Program-made: the position numbers and the translations under genes
Origin: an uncultured bacterium
GTDB lineage: Bacteria; Oederibacteriota; JAAXVQ01; JAUVAV01
Assembly (NCBI GenBank): GCA_963710755.1
Contig: CAVQBK010000004.1
Coordinates: 128,001 to 192,000, forward strand
DNA length: 64,000 nt
Direction: 5' to 3'
Notes under the pieces: model-generated
Told to the model about the DNA's origin: nothing
The model's database searches: none
Seen by the model: only the letters and a program-made list of their open reading frames with translations
Shown here: positions 1 through 9,027 of the stretch, one piece after another
Position numbering within the stretch: the first letter of the stretch is position 1
How the letters are laid out: the number at the start of each line of letters is the position of its first letter

Positions 1-201
1 CAATTGCTGGCCATCAAGGAAATTCTAACCCGGCATAGCGGCAACACGCCCGTTGTGCTGCGCATTCTTTCCGTACACCATGGTCAAGTGGTGGAAAAAT
101 TGCCAGAGCGCTTTCAGGTCACTGTCAGCCACGATCTGATCCAAGCCTTAACGACCTTGATGCGGTCCGAGGATATTGAAATTAAGAGCGCTGCAGGTTA
201 G
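1..201 (+). CDS. dnaE: DNA polymerase III alpha subunit, C-terminal fragment (runs off window start)
   Basis: Frame is open from base 1. LKEIL..H.G..PV.L plus a final 'V.VS.DL..AL..L' pattern resembles the DnaE C-terminal domain. Only 66 codons are visible. Confidence 0.65.
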   Translation, partial: QLLAIKEILTRHSGNTPVVLRILSVHHGQVVEKLPERFQVTVSHDLIQALTTLMRSEDIEIKSAAG

Positions 202-2471
202 GGAATAATCACCGAACTGGGCGGAGTGGAGTGGTTGTGGCGATAGCGTTCCAGCATCTGACGGGCGGGTTTGAAATCAGGATTGAGACTGAGGGCTCTG
301 GTCCAGGTGTTAATCGCTTTGTCCACTTGATTCAGTTGTGCTTCCGTAACGCCAAGATTGAACAAGGCTTCCACATTTTCGGGGTTATAGCTTAACGCCC
401 GCTGGTACACCTGTTGCGCAGCCTGGTAGAGGCGGTAGTTGTATAGTTCATTGCCTGCGCTAAAAGCAGTTTTTCCTGCTTCCTTGGGCTCGAATTTTGC
501 CAATTGATCAAGCACCTCGAAAAAGTGGGTCTCGTCCCTTCGGCCTAGATAGGTCATGGCCAGATTGACATAGAACAGCACGGTCACAGGAGCGTAATGA
601 ATAGCCTGTTTAAAATAGCTCACCGACTTTTTATAATAGGTCGGGTTGTCCGGTTCCAGGCTGGAGGCAAAGCCATAAGCCCTGCCCAGATTGCCGAGAT
701 AATAGGCATTGGTGGGATTCATGGCCTGACCGGCATGGTAGAGGGCAATGGCTTTTTTTATCCATTCCAATTTTTGGCGGGTTTCTGGAACCACTTTGGC
801 CATTTCCTCGTGGGCTAACCCATAATAGACCTGATACTTAACTTCCCAGGGGTCAGCAGCAGCGGCTTGTTTGAAATAAAACAGACTTTGCTGCTGTTGC
901 CCTTGCATACGAAACAGGGTACCTAAATTGTAATCATAGTCCGCCCAGGCAATACGCAGACCTCCATAGGCCAGCCACCCGCCGGCGGCCAGCATCACCA
1001 GCATGAGCAGGGGCTTAAATGGCTGCAGGCTGCTGCTCCAGGCCGTGGGGGTGGGATTTTGAGCGGGTGCCGATTGTTCCTGCTGCTCTTTACTGCTCAT
1101 CATCAACATAAATACGGCCAGAATGATCCAATAGAAACTATCAATGGCCACCACCCCAAAGGAAAACAAATTTTGCACGGAATAGGCGGTCCAGGCGCCC
1201 AGGAGGCCCGTAAGGATGAGCCGGTCACGCCATTGGTCCTGGGCGCGATGATAGGCTTTTTTCCATTGTAGAAGAATCATCACCGTTAACCAGGTTACAA
1301 TAATCAAACCTACCAGCCCTTGGCACGCCAAAACTTGAAGGACTTCATTGTGGGCGGTGCGTGAGGATACATTGGCTCCATCCACCCGGGCGAACTCTGG
1401 GGTCGCATAGCGTGGGAAAACGGTCTTAAAAGTATCCAAGCCCGTGCCCAGAACAGGATGATGTTCAAAAATCTGCAGGGCTGGTTTCCAGATATACAAG
1501 CGGGATCGGGTAATGGCCTGATGGAAGTGGATAATGGTGTCCGCCATGCGGGCCATGTGATGGCGTCCAAAAGTGGCTGAAATGGACACCACCAGGAGCA
1601 ACACCATGCCAATCAAGGCCAGCCAGGACCGGTACTGCTTGACGGCCTTGTGAATCAAGACCTTAAAGGGCGCGCCTTGTTGCTGCGCACGTCTCTGCAG
1701 AATTCTGTAACCCTTCCATAAGGCAAAACCGGTTAATACCAACACGGCGGCCACCAATCCCAACAACCCGCCCCGGCTGTCTGTGCCCAGCAAGGCCCAG
1801 AACATGGCAATAAAGGAAAAAAGCAGCAGCGCTTTCCTGAATCTGGATTTGGTTTCCACAAAGAAGACAATCACCAGCGGCATGACCATGGACAGGTAAG
1901 CTGCCAAAAAATTGGGATTGCCCAAACTGGAGAAATAACGGCCGGGCGCAATGCTGTTGGGATTCCAGCGGATGAAGTCAATGCCAAAGAATTGCGCAAT
2001 ACCATAGAGGGTGATGATCAGGCCTGAAAGCAGAATGGTGAAAAGCAAACGGTCAATTTGTCGCCGGCTGCGAATGAAATTGGTGGCAATAAAAAAGAGG
2101 GCCGTATAGTTGAGCACCGTAATCAGGCCCCGGAAATTTTCGTATTCTCCCATCAGGGACACATAGCCGGAAACGGAAACTATGGTGGTGACTATTTGCA
2201 AGGCGCTCCATACCAATACCGGCAGGTCCAGGGGCGTACGCCTGAACGCTACCCGTCCTGCGGCCACAATCCTGACGCCCCACAGTCCCAGCATCAGACC
2301 CGTTAATACCCGCAGCACGGTCAGTTTGGGCAGTTCAAATTGATCGCGCGTATATATAATAAAAACCACAGGAATAAGAAACATGGTTAGGTAGAGAATG
2401 CTTGCAATCGCCTTATCGCAAAAGCGGATGATGTCCGAGGTATGAGTTGATGGGGTGATCATGCGTGCCAC
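198..2471 (-). CDS. O-antigen ligase/Wzy_C-family polytopic membrane protein with C-terminal TPR repeats
   Basis: About 12 hydrophobic segments; SSLGNPNFLAAYL, SRGGLLG, R..IW, GTGLDTF and AHNE.LQ motifs; TPR-like tail (ALSYNPENVEALFNLG). Confidence 0.85.
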   Translation of the reverse strand: MARMITPSTHTSDIIRFCDKAIASILYLTMFLIPVVFIIYTRDQFELPKLTVLRVLTGLMLGLWGVRIVAAGRVAFRRTPLDLPVLVWSALQIVTTIVSVSGYVSLMGEYENFRGLITVLNYTALFFIATNFIRSRRQIDRLLFTILLSGLIITLYGIAQFFGIDFIRWNPNSIAPGRYFSSLGNPNFLAAYLSMVMPLVIVFFVETKSRFRKALLLFSFIAMFWALLGTDSRGGLLGLVAAVLVLTGFALWKGYRILQRRAQQQGAPFKVLIHKAVKQYRSWLALIGMVLLLVVSISATFGRHHMARMADTIIHFHQAITRSRLYIWKPALQIFEHHPVLGTGLDTFKTVFPRYATPEFARVDGANVSSRTAHNEVLQVLACQGLVGLIIVTWLTVMILLQWKKAYHRAQDQWRDRLILTGLLGAWTAYSVQNLFSFGVVAIDSFYWIILAVFMLMMSSKEQQEQSAPAQNPTPTAWSSSLQPFKPLLMLVMLAAGGWLAYGGLRIAWADYDYNLGTLFRMQGQQQQSLFYFKQAAAADPWEVKYQVYYGLAHEEMAKVVPETRQKLEWIKKAIALYHAGQAMNPTNAYYLGNLGRAYGFASSLEPDNPTYYKKSVSYFKQAIHYAPVTVLFYVNLAMTYLGRRDETHFFEVLDQLAKFEPKEAGKTAFSAGNELYNYRLYQAAQQVYQRALSYNPENVEALFNLGVTEAQLNQVDKAINTWTRALSLNPDFKPARQMLERYRHNHSTPPSSVIIP

Positions 2472-2666
2472 GTCCGCCTCCTTGGGGGATGAATCCTACC
2501 TAACTTTGGGGGAGAAAATAAAACACAGGTATCATAGGCAAGCCAAGAAGACCTGTCAACAGCTATTGCCCGGAGAGGGTATTCTCAAGGTTGTTGTGTA
2601 ATTAAAGTCAATATGCTACCATGACCCCTTTCCCAGTGGGAAAGTTTTTGAGATTAGGGGAAGATC

Positions 2667-3227
2667 ATGGGGCAGCTAAAAGGCACACGTTTTTTGGATG
2701 TAAAAGAATACTTGGCTCTGGAGTATGGCCAAGCAGGGCTGGAAAGGCTGTTCAAAGCTTTAACACCCGAAGATCAGGCATTTTTCAGCAGGCCCATTAC
2801 CGCCATTTCCTGGATTGATTACGGCGCCTACATGCGTTATGTGCTTAAAGCAGACAAAGTGCTGGGTAAAGGTGATACGCAACTGATCACAGAAACCGCC
2901 AAATATGCCTGTCAGAAACAATTTAAAGGAATTTACAAATTTTTTATTTCCTTTACCACTCCGGAGTTTGTCCTGAAACGGGTAACTCAGGTGTGGCGCC
3001 AGTTTCACAGCCAGGGCACCCTGACTCTGGATAAATCCGGACCAGGATTGGGCGTGCTGAAGTTGGTGGATTTTCCCGACATACCCCTTTATCATGATTT
3101 ATCCCATACGCCCTATATGGCAGAGATTCTGAGATTGTCTTCCGCAAAAAACGTCAAAGGGTCACACCCCAAATGTATTGCCCGTGGCGATGATCACTGT
3201 CTGTTTAGTTTCAGCTGGGATAGTTAA
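2667..3227 (+). CDS. V4R/H-NOX-like small ligand-binding protein (DUF2378-like)
   Basis: N-terminal KG..F...KEY...YG and C-terminal C-x-A-R-G-D-D-H-C-x-F-x-F-x-W, typical of V4R domains. Confidence 0.55.
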   Translation: MGQLKGTRFLDVKEYLALEYGQAGLERLFKALTPEDQAFFSRPITAISWIDYGAYMRYVLKADKVLGKGDTQLITETAKYACQKQFKGIYKFFISFTTPEFVLKRVTQVWRQFHSQGTLTLDKSGPGLGVLKLVDFPDIPLYHDLSHTPYMAEILRLSSAKNVKGSHPKCIARGDDHCLFSFSWDS

Positions 3228-3385
3228 TCCTTTTAATACGTTCCCGTGCATCCCCGCATCTCAAAGACTGTGTCACCAGGCACGGACTCGCACACTAGTA
3301 TCCCCTCGCCTAAGAAAAAAGCGGCTTGTGATGGTTGTTCCGCATTTTCTGAAAATGACGACACAGCCTATCAAGGCGAGCTGTT

Positions 3386-4936
3386 TTAATTTAACCCTTG
3401 ATGCTGCCAATAACGTTTGTCCAGAGCCCGGTACTGAATGGCCTCGCTCACATGACGGGCGGCAATGGTGTCACTGTCTTCCAGGTCTGCAATAGTGCGG
3501 GCTACTTTTAGCAGCCGGTGATAAGCGCGGGCACTGAGACCAAGGCGGTCGATGGCTGCTTTAATGATGCTCTGGCCCGAGTTGTCCAGTTGGCAATATT
3601 GCCGCACCATGCGGGCGTTGAGATGGGCATTCACCATGGTGGGATCATGGTGGGCATAGCGCTGAGCTTGGAGGGCACGGCCGCTGGCGACCCGCTGGCG
3701 TATAGCCGTCGACGATTCGCTTTCCTCCTGTCCGGTTAATTCCTGATAGTTCACAGAAGGCATTTCCAGATGAATATCAAAACGGTCCAATAAGGGGCCG
3801 GATATTTTACCTAAATATTTATGAATTTGATGGGGCATACAGGTGCAATTCTTGGCGGGATCGGCAAAATAACCGCATGGGCAGGGATTCATGGCGGCCA
3901 GTAGCATGAATCTGCAGGGATAGGTCACGGCCGCAGCTGTACGGGCAATGGAGACCTGACCTTCTTCCAGGGGCTGTCGCAGCACCTCCAAGGCGTGCTT
4001 GGAAAATTCAGGCAATTCATCGAGGAACAACACCCCGTGATGAGCCAGGGAGACCTCTCCTGGTTTGGGGTAAGTGCCACCACCGATGAGGGCCACATTG
4101 CTGACCGTATGGTGAGGAGCGCGAAAGGGACGGGTGGTGACCAGGGCACTGTTGGACGGCAATTGGTTGCTAACACTGTAGACCGCCGTGGTCTCCAAGG
4201 CTTCGGCTAGGGTTAGCTCCGGCAAAATGGTGGGCATGCGGTTGGCCAGCATACTCTTACCACTGCCAGGCGGACCGATCATGAGCAGATTGTGTCCCCC
4301 CGCAGCAGCCACTTCCAAGGCGCGCTTGGCATGAAGCTGACCGCGCACATCGGCGAAATCCACCTGATGGATGCGGCGATCCTGGAATAGCTGATCCACA
4401 TCCACTTGCTGTGGCAACAGTGCTCTTTTTTGATTAATGAAGTCCACAGCCCGCAACAGATGGTCCACTGCAAAGACTTCTACGCCAGCTACCACGGCTG
4501 CTTCCTGAGCATTGGCCTGGGGCACCATTAATTTGGTAAACCCATGGGTCCGGGCAGCATGAGTTAAGGCCAGGGTACCTTGTACCGGGCTAACCTTGCC
4601 GTCCAGGGAGAGTTCGCCAAAAATTAAAAAGTCACTGAGCCATTCAGGATTGAGCTGCCCACTGGCAGCCAGGATAGCCAGGGCAATAGGCAAATCAAAG
4701 GCCGGGCCTTCTTTTTTCAAATGAGCCGGTGCCAGATTAATGGTGATTTTTTTTACGGGCAAGGTAAGTTCCGTATTTTTAAAGGCTGAGATGACCCGGT
4801 CACGGCTTTCCTTGACGGCTGTGTCCGGCAGGCCAACGATGTTAAAACTGGGTAACCCCCGGCTTACATCGGCTTCTGCGGCCACCAGCCGGGAGGAAAT
4901 ACCCCACAGAGCACTGCTAAAAACCTTGGCAAACAT
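3386..4936 (-). CDS. comM: YifB/ComM Mg-chelatase-like AAA+ ATPase
   Basis: IVGLPD.AVKESRDRV, NLAPA, GPPGSGKSM, PFRAPHH, LAHHGVLFLDE, AAMNPCPCG, SARAYHRLLKVARTIADL. Confidence 0.95.
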   Translation of the reverse strand: MFAKVFSSALWGISSRLVAAEADVSRGLPSFNIVGLPDTAVKESRDRVISAFKNTELTLPVKKITINLAPAHLKKEGPAFDLPIALAILAASGQLNPEWLSDFLIFGELSLDGKVSPVQGTLALTHAARTHGFTKLMVPQANAQEAAVVAGVEVFAVDHLLRAVDFINQKRALLPQQVDVDQLFQDRRIHQVDFADVRGQLHAKRALEVAAAGGHNLLMIGPPGSGKSMLANRMPTILPELTLAEALETTAVYSVSNQLPSNSALVTTRPFRAPHHTVSNVALIGGGTYPKPGEVSLAHHGVLFLDELPEFSKHALEVLRQPLEEGQVSIARTAAAVTYPCRFMLLAAMNPCPCGYFADPAKNCTCMPHQIHKYLGKISGPLLDRFDIHLEMPSVNYQELTGQEESESSTAIRQRVASGRALQAQRYAHHDPTMVNAHLNARMVRQYCQLDNSGQSIIKAAIDRLGLSARAYHRLLKVARTIADLEDSDTIAARHVSEAIQYRALDKRYWQHQGLN

Positions 4937-5199
4937 GTCGATCCTCCATCATTTTTCCCAGCTAAGGGGAATGAGTCCTGTGAAGCCCTCAAGGCAAGCG
5001 TTAAGCGAGGCAACATGGGGGAAAGCAACAAAGACTAATGAATGGACATGGGATTGCCGGTTTTCTTTCAAAAAAAATAAAAAAGATGACAAAAAGACAT
5101 TAAAAGCATAAAATTAGTCCATTGGATCCTATTGGTTAGGCAGGCAGAGCCATGCTTAATGATTTTTTGTCGAATTGATAGTCATTGGGAGTCGGGGTA

Positions 5200-5577
5200 A
5201 TGCATAAAAAAACCGTCATGATTGTTGAGGACGAGCCGGATATCATCATGCTTCTTAAAAGAAGCTTAAGCAGTAAACCTTTTACTATTCTGGAGGCCAA
5301 TTCCGGAACAGAGGCTTTGCAATCCCTGAAAACGAAAAATCCGGATTTAATTATCCTGGACATCATGATGCCCGATATGGATGGATTTGAAGTATGCCGA
5401 TTGGTTAAGTCCGATGACAAAACCAAAGCGATTCCCGTTATTTTTCTGTCTGTCAGAAACAGTGAAGAAGACATGAACCGCGGCAAGGAAGCCGGGGCTA
5501 TCGGTTATTTCAGCAAGCCCTTTGACCCCTTCCGTCTGGCCGATACTATCGACCATTTATTGACCGATCAAAATTGA
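5200..5577 (+). CDS. Single-domain response regulator (REC)
   Basis: IVEDE, LDIMMPDMDG, IFLS, SKPF motifs. ATG at 5200 preferred over TTG at 5185. Confidence 0.9.
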   Translation: MHKKTVMIVEDEPDIIMLLKRSLSSKPFTILEANSGTEALQSLKTKNPDLIILDIMMPDMDGFEVCRLVKSDDKTKAIPVIFLSVRNSEEDMNRGKEAGAIGYFSKPFDPFRLADTIDHLLTDQN

Positions 5578-5735
5578 GAAATTATCATTTATTCACTTTA
5601 CAATAAGGTTTTTTTCATGATAATGCTTACAGTTCTTGGGTTCACCTCTGAGGAAAAGACCAAAGGCTTTGTTTATTATAAAGAGGGCGTCTTGCTACAC
5701 GTCTTCAAGGAAACCATTAATTATTTAGGATTATT

Positions 5736-6581
5736 ATGGGTAGAGTAATTGCCGTTGTTAACCAAAAAGGCGGGGTCGGCAAAACCACCACGTCCATCAA
5801 TTTGGCAGCCAGTTTGGGCACGTTGGGAAAAAAAGTGCTGCTCATTGACACTGATCCTCAGGGCAACACCACCGTTGGCTTGGGGTTTGATAAAGAAAAA
5901 CTAGACCTTAGTGTCTACGATATATTAATTGGTCGCAGTACGGTCAATGAGGTGATCATCCCGACAGAAGCCAAGTCACTCGATTTGATACCTGCCAACG
6001 TTCATTTATCGGGGGCGGAAATTGAGCTGGTCAATACCATCGCCCGCGAGACCAAATTAAAACAAGCCCTGAGTCCGGTCAAAGAACTTTATGACTACAT
6101 TCTCATTGATTGTCCGCCATCACTGGGCCTGTTAACCATCAATACCCTGACGGCAGCGGAAACCGTGCTTATCCCCATTCAGTGCGAATTTTATGCCTTG
6201 GATGGCGTGGGCCAATTACTGAGAACGATTATTTTGGTCAAAAACGGACTTAATCCCAACTTGCATATTGAAGGGGTGCTGCTGACCATGTGTGATTTGC
6301 GTACCAATTTATCGGTTCAAGTCATGCAGGAAATCAAAAAACGTTTTCAAAATAAAGTCTATGACACGGTTATTCCCCGCAATGTTAAACTGTCGGAAGC
6401 GCCCAGTTTTGGGAAGCCGATTTCAGAATATGACGAACGCTGTATTGGTGCCGTTGCCTATAAAAAATTGGCGGAAGAGCTGATAGCCCGTCATCAGCCG
6501 GTGGCGCCTGTTTCACCTGGAAACACCGGAGGGGATACCCCCGCTTTCCCCGCATCATCCAGTGTGTTGCCCCAACCATAA
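5736..6581 (+). CDS. parA: Chromosome partitioning ATPase ParA/Soj
   Basis: NQKGGVGKTT, DTDPQGN, IDCPPSLG, PIQCEFYALDG, IPRNVKLSEAPSFG. Confidence 0.97.
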   Translation: MGRVIAVVNQKGGVGKTTTSINLAASLGTLGKKVLLIDTDPQGNTTVGLGFDKEKLDLSVYDILIGRSTVNEVIIPTEAKSLDLIPANVHLSGAEIELVNTIARETKLKQALSPVKELYDYILIDCPPSLGLLTINTLTAAETVLIPIQCEFYALDGVGQLLRTIILVKNGLNPNLHIEGVLLTMCDLRTNLSVQVMQEIKKRFQNKVYDTVIPRNVKLSEAPSFGKPISEYDERCIGAVAYKKLAEELIARHQPVAPVSPGNTGGDTPAFPASSSVLPQP

Positions 6582-6636
6582 TCTTTGCCTGTAAAGGGAA
6601 AGCAGAACCAAGATTTTTATGAAACGAGGTGCGCCG

Positions 6637-7509
6637 ATGAGCCGACAAGCCCTTGGCCGTGGTCTGGAAGCTTTAATTCCCCTGCAAGGAGATCCTGACC
6701 AGCAGGTTGTTAATCCTGATAGTGTGGCCCACGTGGCCATTGACCGGATTGTGCCCAATCCTTTCCAGCCGCGCCAGGATTTTGATCCCCAGGAATTGGA
6801 AGAATTGGCTGCTTCTGTTTTGGAAAAAGGCATTATCCAGCCTATCCTGGTACGTCCCAAGTCAGATGGTCAGTTCGAATTGGTAGCCGGAGAACGGCGC
6901 TGGCGTGCCGCCAAGTTGTCAGGTCTGGCGCAAGTGCCGGTGGTGGTCCGGCCTATGAACGATGCCGAATCCCTGGAAATTGCCATCATTGAAAATGTGC
7001 AACGCGCCGACTTGAATCCCGTGGAAGAAGCATTGGCTTATCAGCAACTGATCAACGAATTTACATTGACCCAGGACGAGGTGGCGCAAAAAGTTGGCAA
7101 GAACCGCTCGTCCGTATCCAATACGTTGCGGCTTTTAAAACTTCCGCAAGCTGTATTAAATAAAGTACGCGATGGTCGTCTGTCGGAAGGCCATGCCCGG
7201 GCATTGCTGAGCATTGAGGATATTGATCTCATGGAGCGGCTGGCTGATAAAATCTTGCGTGACAATCTGTCTGTGCGGGAAACGGAAAAAATTGCCGGTG
7301 GCATGAAATCAGCACCAGCAGAATCCAAGCCGGGTAAAGCTCATAAAACAGACTTTAAAGATCCCCATACCCGCCACCTGGAAGATGAGCTTAAACGCAA
7401 ACTGGGTACGCAGGTTAAGGTGTTGCCCAAGAGTGCCAGCAAAGGCAAAATTGAAATCGACTATTATTCCCTGGAAGATCTGGACCGCATTATTTCCATT
7501 TTAGGTTAA
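6637..7509 (+). CDS. parB: Chromosome partitioning protein ParB/Spo0J
   Basis: ALGRGLEALI, PNPFQPR, AGERRWRAA, IENVQRADLNPVEEA, HTH. GAGGT RBS precedes ATG 6637. Confidence 0.97.
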   Translation: MSRQALGRGLEALIPLQGDPDQQVVNPDSVAHVAIDRIVPNPFQPRQDFDPQELEELAASVLEKGIIQPILVRPKSDGQFELVAGERRWRAAKLSGLAQVPVVVRPMNDAESLEIAIIENVQRADLNPVEEALAYQQLINEFTLTQDEVAQKVGKNRSSVSNTLRLLKLPQAVLNKVRDGRLSEGHARALLSIEDIDLMERLADKILRDNLSVRETEKIAGGMKSAPAESKPGKAHKTDFKDPHTRHLEDELKRKLGTQVKVLPKSASKGKIEIDYYSLEDLDRIISILG

Positions 7510-7558
7510 AAAAATAGGTTAACTTTTTAAATATCAATAAAAAATATTAACAAAATAA

Positions 7559-7587
7559 TTGACCAAAATAATGGCTATTGTTATATT
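7559..7587 (+). promoter_or_regulatory. Putative sigma70 promoter for M23-bactofilin genes
   Basis: TTGACC-17 nt-TATATT with TG extension and an AT-rich upstream tract. Confidence 0.55.
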
Positions 7588-7629
7588 AAATTATAGGGCA
7601 ATTGTCCGATACTTTGATTGGTGATACTT

Positions 7630-8535
7630 ATGACAAAAAAAGGGTCGAACAAAGAAAATTATTTCACGCTAATGTTTATTCCTCACGACCACCGTAAAGT
7701 ATATACCTTCAAGGTATCGGGGTGGTTAATAGGAGGTTTAAGCTTAATCCTGCTGGCTGTCATAGGTGCGTCTTCTTTCATTCTTACCCAACATGTCAAT
7801 TACGAACTGACCAAACGGGCCAATATCAATTTAACTGAAAAAAATGCTTATTTTGTCCAAGAACTGGCTAAAACACATGATGCCTTCAAGCGTGTCAGTA
7901 AAATCGAAGATGAATTCCGGGCCATGCTCAAAATGAAGAATAAACCGAACTCCATTAAATATACCGGCGAAGGCGGGCCTACCATAGCCGATCAAAGTTT
8001 CATTGATAATCTCAGCAAGCGGTCCACCCTGACGCCCAATGAATTTGCCCAAAGCCTCAACTATCTTAAGAGCAATGCCAAGCTACGCATTGAAAACTAT
8101 CGTGAGATTAAAAATTACATTGCCACGCAGCGATCACTTTTGGCCGCCAAGCCCAATAGTTGGCCGGTCAGAGGGTGGATTACCTCCCGCTTCGGACCGC
8201 GCAAATCACCTTTCTTTACCACCATCACCAATCATGAAGGCATCGACATTGCCAATGAAGAAGGCTCTTCCATCAAAGCCCCGGCCGACGGGGTGGTGAC
8301 TTTTTCCGGCTGGCAGGGCAGTTATGGTAAATTGATTGTTATTGATCATGGCTACGGCTATTCCACCCGTTATGGTCACATGAGCAGGCTGCTGGTCAAT
8401 GTAGGCCAGCGTGTTCGTCGCGGACAAGTGATCGGGTTCATGGGGTCTACCGGCCGTTCCACGGCATCACATTTGCATTTTGAAATCCGGGTCAACGGCG
8501 TTCCCGTCAATCCTCTAAAATACTTAAAACAATAA
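7630..8535 (+). CDS. Membrane-anchored M23 family peptidoglycan endopeptidase with coiled coil
   Basis: N-terminal TM segment, coiled coil, WPVRGWITSRFG, HEGIDI, YGHM, STASHLHFEI. Confidence 0.93.
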   Translation: MTKKGSNKENYFTLMFIPHDHRKVYTFKVSGWLIGGLSLILLAVIGASSFILTQHVNYELTKRANINLTEKNAYFVQELAKTHDAFKRVSKIEDEFRAMLKMKNKPNSIKYTGEGGPTIADQSFIDNLSKRSTLTPNEFAQSLNYLKSNAKLRIENYREIKNYIATQRSLLAAKPNSWPVRGWITSRFGPRKSPFFTTITNHEGIDIANEEGSSIKAPADGVVTFSGWQGSYGKLIVIDHGYGYSTRYGHMSRLLVNVGQRVRRGQVIGFMGSTGRSTASHLHFEIRVNGVPVNPLKYLKQ

Positions 8536-8548
8536 TCTGGAGAAAACC

Positions 8549-8932
8549 ATGGCCAATGAACGTGTGGGAAGTGTGGACACCCTGCTGGGGGTGGGATCAG
8601 ACTTTAAGGGACAAATCAACGCCAAAGGCACCATCCGCGTCGATGGCAGGGTGGAAGGCAATATCAGCAGCGAAGAAGGCGTCATTATCGGTGATAAAGG
8701 CGTGGTCAAAGGCAACCTTAGTGCCAAAGCCATTATGATCTCCGGTAAAGTTACGGGTAATGTGATTGCCACCAAACGGCTAGAGATTACCCCTACGGGT
8801 CAATTGCAGGGCGATATCAGCACCCCCCGACTGGCGATTGCGGAAGGTGTTATTTTCAAGGGTAATTGCGATATGGGTTTCGACAAGTTTGAACTGGAAA
8901 ACAAGTACGATCCCAACCGTCCCAAGAAATAA
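8549..8932 (+). CDS. Bactofilin (polymer-forming cytoskeletal protein, CcmA family)
   Basis: TLLG.GS.F.G, IRVDGRVEGNI, IIG..G.V.G, G.V.GNV, L.I.EG..F.G.C.M beta-helix pattern. Confidence 0.93.
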   Translation: MANERVGSVDTLLGVGSDFKGQINAKGTIRVDGRVEGNISSEEGVIIGDKGVVKGNLSAKAIMISGKVTGNVIATKRLEITPTGQLQGDISTPRLAIAEGVIFKGNCDMGFDKFELENKYDPNRPKK

Positions 8933-8960
8933 TTCTTACCATCCCAAACCAACAAATGTT

Positions 8961-9006
8961 GTAGGGACCAGAACCCTTTTTAAGGTCAAGAAGCGGTCTG
9001 GTCCCT
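8961..9006. repeat. REP-like GTAG inverted repeat
   Basis: GTAGGGACCAGA ... TCTGGTCCCT flanking a ~24-nt spacer, intergenic. Confidence 0.45.
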
Positions 9007-9027
9007 GTCTTTATTTAAGGAGGAATT

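Noticed and set aside
5580-7620. oriC near parAB
   Set aside because: No DnaA-box cluster or dnaA seen; the one TTATCCACA I noticed (51281) is inside a permease gene.
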